Notes under the pieces: model-generated
The model's database searches: none
What the model was told of the DNA's origin: nothing
Seen by the model: only the letters and a program-made list of their open reading frames with translations
In this document: piece by piece, positions 21,875 to 33,137 of the stretch
Position numbering within the stretch: the first letter of the stretch is position 1
Layout of the letters: each line of letters begins with the position of its first letter
Program-made: the position numbers and the translations under genes
Assembly (NCBI GenBank): GCA_021432655.1
Contig: MU271677.1
Location: forward strand, 1-33,137
Reading direction: 5' to 3'
Length of the DNA stretch: 33,137 bases
Origin: Atractiella rhizophila
Lineage: Eukaryota

Positions 21875-24800
21875 CTACAGCGCCTTCCCTCCTTCCCGCA
21901 CGAACTCCCTAAACCTCTTTCCCTCCTGCATCAGCTCCTCAAACGTTCCATCCTCCACCACCCGTCCATCATCCACACTGACATCGTCTCTTCAACTGCG
22001 TGATCAGATGAAAACGAAAAAACGCACAACACAACCCTATCGCATCCCCTGATGGTGCTCAAACGATGGGCAATAACGACCACCAGGGTATTCTGCTCGT
22101 CCGCTATTCGACGAATCGCACGATTAATGAGCGCTTCGGACCGTGTATCAAGCGCAGAAGTCGCTTCGTCCATGCTATCCGTCACCAATGAACCACATGC
22201 ACTCATAAATGAGACGGAGGGTTAAGGACAAGCGCACATCAAAATTTTTGGTTTCCGAATCACAGCTCGTGCGATCGCCAGCCGTTGCTTCTGCCCTCCC
22301 GATAACTGGGCTGCCTGTGTCGCATCACCACGTCATCAGTCCAGCATAAACAACAGCGGGAGCTTGGACCGACATTAGCGTCCCAGCCGCCTTTAACCTC
22401 ATTCAGAAACTCGCACTGCGCAAGTTCTGCCGCGTTCCTCACTTCTTCGTCCGTCGCATTAGGAAGCCCATATGCTATATTCTGCTTGATGCTCCCTACG
22501 CGCCGAGTTTCTCAATTGCAAAGGAGGACGTGAGAGATGGGACGAACCGGAGAACAGCATTATCTCTTGCGGGACGATTGAGATTATGTTTCGCCATTCC
22601 TCTACCTCAAGCTCCCTCACATCCTTACCATTCACCAAAATCTGGCCTTCCTGCGGGTCATAGTAACGCATCATTCTAAGTGATCGCATCAACAACTTAA
22701 TCCTTCGAGCTCTTAAGGAATGAAGAGAGAACTTACAAAGCAGCGACACTGCTCTTCCCACTCCCACTTCTCCCAGTCACGGCCACTAACCTGCCTTTCG
22801 CCGGCGACAAAGCGAGATCGAGAGATTCCAAGATAGGAATGTGAGAGCGGGAGGGATAAGCGAACTTGATGTTCTGTAATTTGAGCGAAATGGGGGTTGT
22901 TGATTGTGCCAAAGCTGTCGAAGTGGGAGGAGGGAGGGCCAGTGTAGGCGATCGCAAGTGTACAGAGATCTAGCTTCTCTGTCAGTATAAGAAGCGCGTT
23001 GAGAGGTGAACGAGCGTACAGGTCTGATGTCTAGTAGGGCGAAGACACGCCTCGAGGCTCCGAGTCCTTTCATCAGCGAGCTGTGCGCTCATCAGTAATG
23101 CAGAAGGAGAGGAAGGAGACGTAAGAATGAGCAGTACCTAAAGTAACTTGTGACGGCTTCACACTTCAGTCAGAGCATGTCCCTTCTTGGGGAACAGAAA
23201 GACTCACCGACTAATGAGCTACCAACGTAAAAAGTGTATAGAAGCAATGAGGTGAGCTCCCCAACAGTTATTTCACCCAACTGAACCAAATGGCCACCAT
23301 AGATAAGGAGTGCAAATAATGTACAATTACCTGACCCCTAAGCATGAGGGGAGCGAACTACGAGAGTCAAAACGACGCACCAACGAATCCGAATGCTCCG
23401 TAGAACGCGGCATTAGCCCATCCTTCTTTCTTGCTGAGCTCAAACACGTTCTCGCTAGCCTTCTCAAACCGATTTACCTCATACGGTGTCGCATTGAAGG
23501 CGTGAACTGTTAGGTTATCACACATGCATCAGAGTCAAGATGATGTGCGCAGATAGCAGAAACGAGTCTGACGCACCGGTCGTTTGACCTCTCATTGTTT
23601 CTTCTCCCACGCTGGTCATACCCGCGATCGCGCTCTGCACCTTTTGAGACAATTTTTTGAGATATCGTCCATACAAGGTGGTGGCAAGAGCGGCAGGCGG
23701 GACGAGCGTGAGCATGAGGAGTGTCATTTTCTCTGTCCATTCCTGTATCAGCGAGAAGCAGATGAGGAGGACGGGGACGAGAAGGACGTACGGGAGATAA
23801 AGAACATCATGCCCATCCCCGCTCCAGCAATAACGACGCTCCTCAATCCCTCCAAGAGGTCCCTCGACACCAAGTTCCCGAGGAGGGTGGCATCCGAGTT
23901 CAAGCGCGCAAGGACGTCTCCAGTTCCCTTCAGCTCTCGTTCGTCCTTCTCCTTCTCCTTCTCCTTCTCCTTCTCCTTCTCCTTCTCCTTCTCTCCTTCC
24001 CTCACCTCCACCTTGCCCGTCTCCCCCTCCTCCGCCTTCTCCTTCTCTCCAACCTTACCAGCCTGGGCCGTGTTCATGGCCTTAGACGCGTTGAGAGCGA
24101 CCAAGTCCCTCTTTGCCGAATCCGCTCCAAGGACGCGAGCGAAGCCCTCGTCCCTCAACCGTTTCACTATCCGCTCCGCACTGATACGGAGCAAGACTAC
24201 GCGGGCGGTGTTGGCCAGTGCTCCGGCGGCTAGGACGATGGGTAGACCGACGAGGATGTAGGTCGGAGGTCCGGTGGAGGAGGAGAAGATGTCGAGGAGT
24301 TTGCCGGCTAGTTTGGGGATGGTGAGTGAGACGGAGGAGGTTATGGCCATCTGTTAGTTCAGTTAGCAGTGCTACTCCCTCGCTGTGCTTTTCGATCAAT
24401 ATTCGAAAGAAGTGGGACCGAAGTAAGTGCCTTTTATCCCAACCAATAAATTAAATATGCCATGACAATCCCTGTATGAACGCGTCAAGACAAGCAGGAT
24501 GGAAAGAGACAATAACACGCTCTCTTCGCAAGTGCACAAGAAGTCAAAGGCGAATCGGCATGTCTGTCTTCGCAAAGTCGATCAACAGAAATTACGGATA
24601 ATTCAGTCATTCAACATGTTAGGTAGCAGCAGAGTAGAGTAGGAGGTCACGCGCTTTATTCTGTGGCAAAGATTGCTCACGCAGCACGTCACGACAACAA
24701 GAAGTCAGAATGATAGCAGGAGGCAAGCTAGGCGCATCCCGTAGTAGATTCTCTTGGTGGACATTGCATTTAAGCGACAAACAGCTCGGGATATGTTTCC

Positions 24801-25440
24801 TTTACTGTATTTGCTTCGTGGAAATGGGAGCAGGAGAATGTTGATGATAAGCATCAACACTGCTATTCGGGATAATTTGTTGGTAAAAAGGAAGACGACT
24901 GGAGAAGTAACGGGGCAGTTGCATCGTTTCCGCTTAGATTATTCGTCGATAAGACATATTTCCGCCTACAGACGGGTTATGAATACAGAACACATAGAAG
25001 GAACTGACATAAGAAAATATGAAAAGTTGGTGCAGAGCAAAGCAAGAAGTAAAGAGAAAGAAAGGATAAGAGGAACATACAAGTCCACCAGCGATGAAGA
25101 GGTACCTCTTCTCAGGCCCAGCCCTCTGCAACAATCTCGAAAGGTCAGGGAACCTCTTGCTCAACGCGAAATTATCGGTCCAACTCTTCACATCTTGCCC
25201 GTCTCCCTCCGCCTGCGCTGGTGTGGCACGTGTTTCAGGAGGAGTGGGGGAAGTGTGAGAAGGAGCAGAAGGAGCAGAAGAGGAAGAGGAAGAGGAAGAG
25301 GAAAAGCGATGCCGTGGTAGTTGCGCGTAGAGGAGCCGGGGAAGGGGAGCAGGAACGCGTCGGCAGGTGGTGGATGGGACGGCGGAGCGCGCTCTACAGC
25401 GGGAGACGGTGCCGGAGAAAGAGTGGCGGATGGGGAGCAT
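21875..25440 (-). CDS. Mitochondrial ABCB half-transporter (Mdl1/Mdl2/ABCB10-like)
   Basis: Arg/Ser-rich presequence, TMD with [11 protein letters not shown] and [15 protein letters not shown], Walker [11 protein letters not shown]-loop VPQE, signature [30 protein letters not shown]. Last exon ends FVREGGKAL* at 21875. Confidence 0.92.
23944..23993. repeat. Coding (TCCTTC)8 microsatellite encoding an EK run
   Basis: Eight perfect hexamers inside exon 2 of the ABC gene. Confidence 0.95.
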
Positions 25441-25765
25441 GAGAATGGGAGTAGAGGGGAAGGCAGCAGGAGCGTCGTCGTTTGATTGAATCTTGACGTG
25501 AAGTGGAGGCGGCCGGATTTGCGGCTAACTACAACATAAGACGGGAACTCGGCGGGAACTTCGCGTGTCGCGAATGGTGGAGCTGTTTGGTTCGACAATA
25601 TTGACTGAATCTGAGTGTACTAATAAGGTGCCCGAGAGTTGTTGTGTCGCGCAAGCTATGAAAGCCTGTGGATACGAATTCAATATTTTGCAAACAAATC
25701 CATATCACAAGGATCAAGCGTTGCTACTTTGTACACATCAGTGCTTCATTTTGTCCTAGTCTCAA

Positions 25766-26616
25766 TCAATTCTGATTCATAATATTGCCCTTCTTCGTTG
25801 CCTCCCTCGCCTCAATCCTCTCCTTCCACTCCTTAAGCTTAGGGAACTCCGCAAGGTCCACCTTCCCCTCCAACAACTTGGACGCATACACCCAACCGAA
25901 CGTGGTGATGTCCGCGATCGAGATGTGATCGCCGACCAGCCAGCCAGAGGGCTGCGACGCAAGGCGGGTGTCGAGAACGGAATACAGTCGTTTCGTCTCG
26001 TCCGTGTAGCGCTTCATTCCGTATTCGATGCGCTCGGGAGCGAATTTCACAAAGTGGTTCGCTTGTCCTTGCATCGGTCCCACACCTGCGAGCGTGAATT
26101 TTCTTTAGTTTTCTTCTTGGATTGAAAGGTAAGAGGACGGATGGCGGGAGAGGGAGACGCACCAGCGTTCTGAAAGAACACCCACTGCAACATCTCGTAG
26201 TATTCCTTCGTTCCATGTTTATACGAAAGCTTGTGATCTTTATCGTACTGATCGACGAGGTACTGAAGGATGGAGCCTGATTCGAAGACATGGAACTCCC
26301 CTCCAGTCACTGGGGAATTGTGATCCGTGATAGCGGGTATGCGGCCGTTGGGATTAATCTATCCATCCCCAATCATCTATATTGGGGCTACAGTTTCCAG
26401 TGAAACGAAAACATACCTTCAGGAACCAAGGTTCTTTTTGCTCGTTCTTTCCAAACGCCAACCTCTTCTCTTCGTATGGGATCCCGAGCTCTTCCTATTA
26501 CTCCTTTCGTCAGAACGCTGTTTACACGGACAAGAAGAGTTGCCGACCAGAGCCATGCTTATTTTGATCCCATTGGGAGTGGGCGCGGTGTACAGAGTGA
26601 TTTTAGGAGAAGACAT
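25766..26616 (-). CDS. Glutathione S-transferase, Ure2pA / nu (YfcG-like) class (4 exons)
   Basis: LYTAPTPNGIKISMAL|EELG, EQKEPWFLK|INPNGRIPAI, VFESGSILQYL, QWVFFQNAG|VGPMQGQANHF, RYTDETKRLYSVLD, SIADI. Confidence 0.95.
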
Positions 26617-27114
26617 AGTCGTAAAGCTACCTCGTGAAATTCAGATGTAATAGACGGTGGCCGGATAAGATAAGGGGGACGAGTGAGGGGAAGAGGGAGA
26701 AGCTTTTAAATGACGGGAATGACGGGACGCCTGATTTTACATTTTGTGGGTGTAGACACAGATAGACGCGTCATGCGACTTCATGATGCCCGAAAGGGAA
26801 GGATCTGTAAGCTGCTTTGGTAATCAGCATGACCTACAAACGCGTGGAGCGGTGGTGGATCCCGAAAATGCCTGCGAAGCGAAAACGTCTTCAGGCAGTT
26901 TGCAACATGCTTTCTGCTTTCTTTTACTTTTGAACCGGCCTTCTTTCCTTCGCTCCCATTGGTTCCTTCCGTCTGGCCCACTCTGCCAGTACACCCAAAC
27001 TCTGAACTCGTTGGAAGCCTTTGGTTGGGGTGAATCAGGTGAAGCTTGGCAGAGAATCAGGTCACAGTTCAGCGGTGCGCTGTCGCGAAGAGGGAAGGGC
27101 ATCTACAGCCGCAG

Positions 27115-28734
27115 ATGTTGGTGGGTCGGTTGCTGCCCAACTGGAAACCGACGTTCCTGTATCTGAGAGCTCCTTCATTTTACCGAATGCAAGTACCCCT
27201 CTGGTCCCTTCGCAACACTCGGGCGATATCGTATGAAGCAAACGAAGGCCTGAAATCCCTTGAGTGGCCTGAAGAGAACCTCACCAAAGGCCGTGAGGAG
27301 GGTGGTGGCTTTTATCCAGTCCGCCTTGGAGAAAGTTTCGAAGATGGGCGATATGTAGTCACAAGAAAGCTGGGATGGGGCGGCTTTTCAACGGTCTGGC
27401 TCGCGAGAGATCTCAAGTACGCTGCCTGATTTCAGATTTCCAGCTCCTGTATGACACTCTGTTACCTAGAGATGAACGGCACGTAGCCATAAAAGTACTT
27501 TCGTCTCACGCATCACGCGAAGTCGAAGCTGGGAGGTTGGCCGAACGTGATATTTTTCGAAAAGTCTCGAAGACTGCTCCATCACATCCTGGTTTCCCAC
27601 ACGTCGTTCACCTTCTCGACGAGTTTGTTTTTCAGAGCTTCGCTGGAAAACACATATGCTTCGTGACAGATGTCCTGAGCTACAGCGTCTCATCCCTTCA
27701 GAGTCAGCTAGCTGATCGGCGACTGCCCCTAAAGTTTATCCTAAGAATCATTAAGGGAACTCTGCGAGGGCTTGAATATTTGCACGACGAGTGTGGAGTA
27801 GTCCATTCAGGTGTGGTTATCATTCATGGCCCATCATGTGTTTGTCTCACGCTTGGTTGGCAGATCTCAAACCTAACAACATCCTCTTGCGGCCCACGGA
27901 TATAGATTCCATTGTTAGAGAGGATGCCATAAAGAGACCGTCTACGCTCTACGACTTTCCAAAAGATATCCCTCCGAACGAGCTGCCCTTCCATCCTGTG
28001 ATCTCTGCTCCGCTCTCCCACGCCGTGAGCACCAGACAAAGTCAGAATGGAGACCTCGATTGGGTCATTTCGGATTTTGGACACTGTTCGCAGTCTCGAT
28101 TCCCTAGCTGACAGTTGGAACTGATGTTGAGGTACTAGCGCACTTCCAAACCCAACAAATGAGCACCATTGTGCAACCGAGGGCTCTTCGAGCACCAGAG
28201 GTCATTCTGGGTATGGAGTGGGGACCTCCCATCGATATTTGGAGCCTTGGGTGCTTGGTACGATCATCGTCTGCCTGTTACTATCTGATCTCCTGATCGC
28301 AGTCGATAGATGTACGAGTTTGCGACTGGCCATTGGCTTTTTCCTTTTGGGGACAACGGCGATGACGACACTCCAAACGACATCCTCCACCTTGCACATA
28401 TGACTCTTCGAACTCGAAAACGACACAAACTAGAGGTATTAGAGAGGTATGAAACTCGAGTTCACGATCCGGCTTTCAGAAGTATGTCCTTATTTTACAC
28501 ATTCGAGTTGTGCCTTAACAAAATACCATAGACAAAATGCAGGATATTATCGAGACGAGTGGTCTACCAGCAATCGAGGAAGAATTGACGGAAGCACTTG
28601 TATATCACAATGGAGGTGAAGAACTTGCAAGCTTTCTGGCACTAATGACTGATTGTCTTTGTCTTGATCCGGCGCAAAGACCTAGAGCAAGTGAAGCTTT
28701 GCGTAATCCTGCATTCAAAAACCTTTCATCCTGA
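27115..28734 (+). CDS. SRPK-like CMGC serine/threonine protein kinase (multi-exon; start codon uncertain)
   Basis: GGFYPVRLGE..RYVVTRKLGWGGFSTVWLARD, VAIKV, HS|DLKPNNIL, SDFG, QPRALRAPEV, DIWSLGC, LDPAQRPRASEAL. First in-frame ATG at 27115; alternative at 27187. Confidence 0.92.
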
Positions 28735-28819
28735 CTTTATTCCTTTGCGTTAGCTTTGCGCGATATCTACATCTGAATAGGTTGGAACTTGGAAGGACGA
28801 CTGGGGAAGCTCGTTTTGA

Positions 28820-29520
28820 GGAAGCTGTCAACCTTGCTTCCCATAAACTACTTCAACCAGCTTTTAGTCCTCAGTATATATAGCCTATTGTATTTGATTG
28901 TATCTACTGTCCTACTCGTATACCCTTTGACTCAGCCTGATTTATTTTTGTTTCAATGCTTTGCTGAAAAAGCATGAATACTGCATTTCAAATACAATAC
29001 TATCCTATACTCTATCCTATCCTATACTCTAAGATTCATCAGGTCTTGGCATCCTATACTCTAAGATTCATCAGGTCTTGGCATGAGTCATAAGACGCAC
29101 TTTTGAGCCCTCACACCTCCCTCACCATACACAATAGAATAAAATGTATTATACCATCCTCTCCCATATGCTTGCCCCTTTCTGAAACTGCAAGGAAATT
29201 TTATTCTGAAAGGGTTGAAAAATGTGTTTTGTACTGGACTTGAACCCTTACAATGGCCACAGTAGGGTTCAAGGGGCCATGCCCCTTGCAAGTGGGGTGA
29301 GGGGCCTGAGGGACGAAGGCCGTTGACACACTTGTACAGTCTAATCCTCTTCATCCTTAGCCTGAGACATGAGATGGCCCTCCGATAGAATATAAAAGAA
29401 GGAGTGGCGGAGAGGGAATAACTCGTTGCCACACTATTGCCCAGTAAAGACAACCTGTGAGTACCTGTTTGCTTGCTTTCAAGTTATAAAATCACTGTGG
29501 CATTAAAAATGCCATCCTAA
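28820..29520. mobile_element. Possible degenerate transposon relic (CpG-poor, palindrome cluster)
   Basis: AT-rich, roughly 8 CpG in about 700 nt by eye, inverted repeat CTTGAACCCT/AGGGTTCAAG (29239-29273) with adjacent GC hairpins. No transposase ORF or TIR pair recognised. Confidence 0.3.
29019..29082. repeat. Perfect 32-nt tandem duplication
   Basis: ATCCTATACTCTAAGATTCATCAGGTCTTGGC x2, preceded by shorter ATCCT/ATCCTATACTCT repeats. Confidence 0.95.
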
Positions 29521-29686
29521 CGACTGTCCTGAGCCATGTTTCAGAACGGTCTAGGAAAGGATCCTGAGAGCATTGTATGTAACAGCTTTCAAAACAATGT
29601 CGCCATCACCCCAGTTGTTCAAATTCTGAATAATAACTTACGTTCTGTGCTCACAGTGCTCCTTGCTTTGAAAGTCTACGTCCCTC

Positions 29687-30699
29687 ATGATGACCACCTC
29701 AACTACAGACATTGCCGCCGTCAAATCTCAACTCCGCACTGTCCTCAACCCTGCCCTCCTCGTTCAGATCCACAACGAACGTTTTCCCTTTCCCAAAGGT
29801 GCCGCTCTGTCCTGGACGTCAGTCTGCCAAAATTTCTGGGATGCTCTGCATCCAACCCAAGACGCTACGCTTTACGCCCTCAGGAAGCCTATCTGGCTTG
29901 CCCTCGCCTCATACCCACTCGATATTCTCCTGCAGATCGACTTCAGAGACTTCTTGGATCCAAAAAGGGAGACTTACCTTGAAGAGGTCGTGGCTTTGAT
30001 ATACATTTTGGATCAAACGAGAGGACAGTTTAAAGGTGTAAACGTCAGGTATACGAACTCGTTCTTCGATATCCTGGCTGAGAAGACGGCTGCCAAGTTA
30101 TTCGACGATGTCTCTCCAACAGGAAAAGAAGGTGTTCCCGCTCCAGATTCACCTTTCAATAAAGAAGCGTGGTTGAAGAGGGGCTGGACGTTTGAGGAGT
30201 ATGTGGTGCGGATGGACTGGATCTGGGCTCCGCTCATCCATTCGGAAAAGTACATGTCGGAATATCGATCGCTCAACAAGAGCCTCCTAGTGCGGTACAG
30301 GAAGGAGGTAGAGGAATTCACGGGCAAGCCAGATCCTTTTGGGCGGCGCAAGAAGAGGAGGAGAAGGACCTCTACCTCTGGAAAATAATCAATTCTTCCG
30401 ATCCTCCCTCCAAAGAGAATCAAGGGCGAGAACTCGGCATGGCAGACTACGCATGGCCCATGTTGAGGATGATGACGGCTCACTTCTCCATCATCGACAC
30501 TTTCGGCAGATATCCTTACGATAGTGATCTCAGAGGAAGGGACTTGACGGACGAGGAGAAAGTATGGATGGAGAAGGCGGGATATGGAAGGATGCCCGAC
30601 GAAATGAGACAGAGGATTCGGAAGGATGTTGATGCCGGTGTCTGGTCTCCTCTCGAAGTTAACAATCCAAAGTACGAACAACCCGAGGAAAATAAGTAA
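29687..30699 (+). pseudogene. DUF924-family gene interrupted by one frameshift near 30335-30345 (pseudogene or sequence error)
   Basis: N-part ALIYILDQ...WIWAPLIHSE in one frame and C-part AHFSIIDTFGRYPY...GRDLTDEE in the -1 frame, which is open from the shift site. No intron signals at the switch. Confidence 0.7.
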
Positions 30700-30854
30700 A
30701 CGCAGTTTGGCATGGAAAAGCAATACATTGTAAGTACTAAAAGAAAACATAGGAGTTCATACGTTTGCATCTGTCTCTCGTTCTGCCCATCGGCCTCCGA
30801 TCCTTGCTACACGAAGCTGTTCGATTTGAAGTTTTCAGGTATTGGGCCACCTCG

Positions 30855-32157
30855 TCAGGCACTGTGCTTTTCGCACCAGTCCCACAAATCATCCATAGCT
30901 TTCTCGTCGTTAGCTTTGGGATGATCGAGCGGCTTGATTCTACCCATGCCAAGTCAATAATCGCTTTCAAGGCTGGAAAGTGAACAAGCCTACCTGGTCC
31001 AAGGAACTATGTGGCTTCCGCTCTTATCATTCAGACTCTCATCCGCCGCACAAAAGATAGAATTGAGAGCTCCTCGTTGCACGTCAAATCCAATTATGCC
31101 GACGATGCATTGTGCATGCTTAGGCATCGTCCGTTGAAGTTCGCTTTTGACCACGCCAGGATTAAGGGAAAGGCTGACGAGGTTCTGAGAGGAGTAGCGA
31201 CGGTGAAGAGTGCGCATTTGGTAATAATTTCCCTAAAGAACATCGCTGAGTATTCGTTCTGTGCAGGTGAGGAAAAGATGTACAAGCTTGCTGACGCTGT
31301 AGTCTTTGAAGAATTCTTTCTGATTCAAAAAATTCCTGCCTTCGTTCGTTCCACGATGGAGGTTCTTCTCGCTTAGATCGATGCCCTTGGGGTCTGCGCT
31401 CTGTTCTTTCTGCTGAACTAGGCACACAATGAAAGAGCATCAACGCACCGCTGCACCCTGAGAAGAGACGGTGACAATCCGTACACTTCCTTTCGGAGCT
31501 GTCTTTGCTGTTTCCAGGATGAGTGGAAGCAGCGTTCGGGTCCAAACGTGGTGTCCAAGGACTGTTGACCATCGTGAGAACTGAATGTGCAAGAAATGAA
31601 TAAAAGGAGCAACCGTTGGTTCCAAACTGAATCTCCCATCCATCCTCAGTCGTCGAACCGTTAGGAGGAGTCATGACGCCGGCGCAATTGATGAGGACGT
31701 CCAGCCGGTTCGTCATTCTTCAAATTCGTCAGCTTTAGTCCTCCAAAACTAAGCAAACAAAATTCACTGAAGAAGCCGCTCTGCTCCTTCCCTCGCCTTT
31801 CGCGCACTTCCCAGATCTAGTTCCACAAAATCCAGCTTCCCTACCCCCTTCGCTTCCTCGTGTAAGTCCTTCGCGCAGGCGTCAAATTTTGACCTTGAAC
31901 GGCCGGCGATGTAGACAGTCGCGTTTTTGAGGAGGAGATTCTAAAGGGAAGTTAGCAGCGTTCAATTATGGGGAAAGGAAACATGTACCTTCGTGGTTTC
32001 CTTGCCTATGCCAGCGTATCCTCCTGTTGTAACCGATTAAGTCTAAAGATATTCGATATGGTAAAATACACATACCAGTAATAACAAACACCTTCCCAGA
32101 TTGGTCCTTCAGCTGCTCAGGGCTCCAAGTTGGTTTGCCAGGGAAAGCTTCGTCCAT
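30855..32157 (-). CDS. Short-chain dehydrogenase/reductase (retinol-DH/WWOX-like SDR)
   Basis: FPGKPTWS, VITG|GYAGIG, LDVLINCAGVM, QFGTN|VLGH, RIVTVSS, catalytic YSVSK, SLNPGVVKSELQR, LWDWCE. TGA at 30855. Confidence 0.93.
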
Positions 32158-32898
32158 TTTCGATTGTTAGATTGGTTGGGTGCTACAACGTGATGTCGAT
32201 ATTTATTCTGAATATCTGATGTGAGAACTCCAACTCCATCACCCTCCGTATATATAGCTTCGCGTACACATCCCTGACGCATACCATAGGTTAGCCTGCC
32301 TGATAGATAGACATGGAACCTATCTGTAGTGCTCCGTCGTCTCCGAAGAGCTCCACTGTCGGGGTCTCCACTTCAAGGCAAAGACACTCACTCACTCACA
32401 CGGCCAAGAACCTTTGTCTTCGTTCACGGATTCGCACGCAGTTACGGCTTGGTTCACAAGCAGCTGCTCTTCAGCTGGAAGTGGCAAACCAGAACTGGGA
32501 AGGACAGCGTCCGAGCCTTGAAAAACAAGCCCATTTGCGACATATTCAAACATATTAGCAGCATCAAGATGGTTTAATTTCCCGAAGAGGCGAACAAGAC
32601 ATCATATCAATCGGGACTTGGAAGCACAATTTGAGTAGTATACTCATTCGCAGAGTCAACGAGTCGTTAATCCGTACCAGCTTTTGTCAGACATAAATCA
32701 CAAACACTCTGCGCCATAAATCGCATATCATCATGCTCATTGATCAACAATGCTTCAGACCCTGAACTGAAGGGAGCTGATAAGCCCTAGTCATTGATTT
32801 GTACATTCAACTTTTCTTGTTCCATGGCCGGAACCTAGACCATTCCGTCCGCTGGTCCATTTTGCCACTACAACCGCGTTCATTCTTCACCTGCCACC

Positions 32899-33137
32899 AT
32901 GGACGTCGACCCTCCCCCTGCAGCCGCGCCCGCCCCTGCGCCAGAAGCAACGGAGGCACCCACTGCTCCGGCCGTTGAGCCCAGCCATACCATTTACGTG
33001 CACAACCTCAACGAGAAAGTGAAGCTGAAGATCCTTTCTCAATCCTTGCGCAACTTATTCTCTCTATACGGCCGCGTGCTCTCCGTCACTTGCCATTCGA
33101 ACCTCCGCATGCGCGGACAGGCGTTCGTGGGGTTGGA
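32899..33137 (+). CDS. U1A/U2B''-family spliceosomal RRM protein (5' part, runs off window)
   Basis: ATG in GCCACCATGG context; HTIYVHNLNEKVK (RNP2) and LRMRGQAFV (RNP1) are diagnostic of U1A/U2B''/Snf. Confidence 0.9.
   Translation, partial: MDVDPPPAAAPAPAPEATEAPTAPAVEPSHTIYVHNLNEKVKLKILSQSLRNLFSLYGRVLSVTCHSNLRMRGQAFVGL

Noticed and set aside
24351..25080. C/D snoRNA or telomerase RNA within the long ABC intron
   Set aside because: No paired C and D boxes on the host strand and no telomere-template sequence seen. Left as an open finding rather than a feature.
32313..32577. Small ORFs in the SDR/U1A intergenic region, including TFVFVHGF resembling a hydrolase HG motif
   Set aside because: Short, non-ATG start for that frame, no further hydrolase motifs or splice-supported continuation.

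Overview
Gene-dense, intron-rich fungal DNA with mostly 50-70 nt GT-AG introns and CTRAC-type branch points. The gene content and the 'APTxPR.Y...S..S+K..P' Gcn4-type motif point to a basidiomycete; that assignment is my inference. In order the window holds: secreted S10 carboxypeptidase (+), PIG-X/Pbn1 (-), DUF2235/Tle1-like hydrolase (+), Zn2Cys6 transcription factor (+), Ser/Thr-rich type I membrane protein (-), two DJ-1/PfpI (Hsp31-like) paralogs (-), a second S10 carboxypeptidase (-), a 2.3 kb direct tandem duplication, a mitochondrial Mdl1-like ABCB half-transporter (-), a Ure2pA/nu-class GST (-), an SRPK-like kinase (+), a CpG-poor palindrome-rich island, a frameshifted DUF924 gene (+), an SDR (-) and the start of a U1A/U2B''-type RRM gene (+). 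The highlight is invisible in the ORF track. Splicing six exons in each repeat unit gives a ~449 aa protein that joins a complete but degenerate WOPR (Gti1/Pac2/Wor1) domain to a Gcn4/Cpc1-like bZIP. It is transcribed divergently from the secreted peptidase across a promoter packed with GATA and Gcn4-type sites. The duplication also copied the peptidase promoter and start codon so that they point antisense into the first copy. All gene models and family calls are by eye; no database searches were run.
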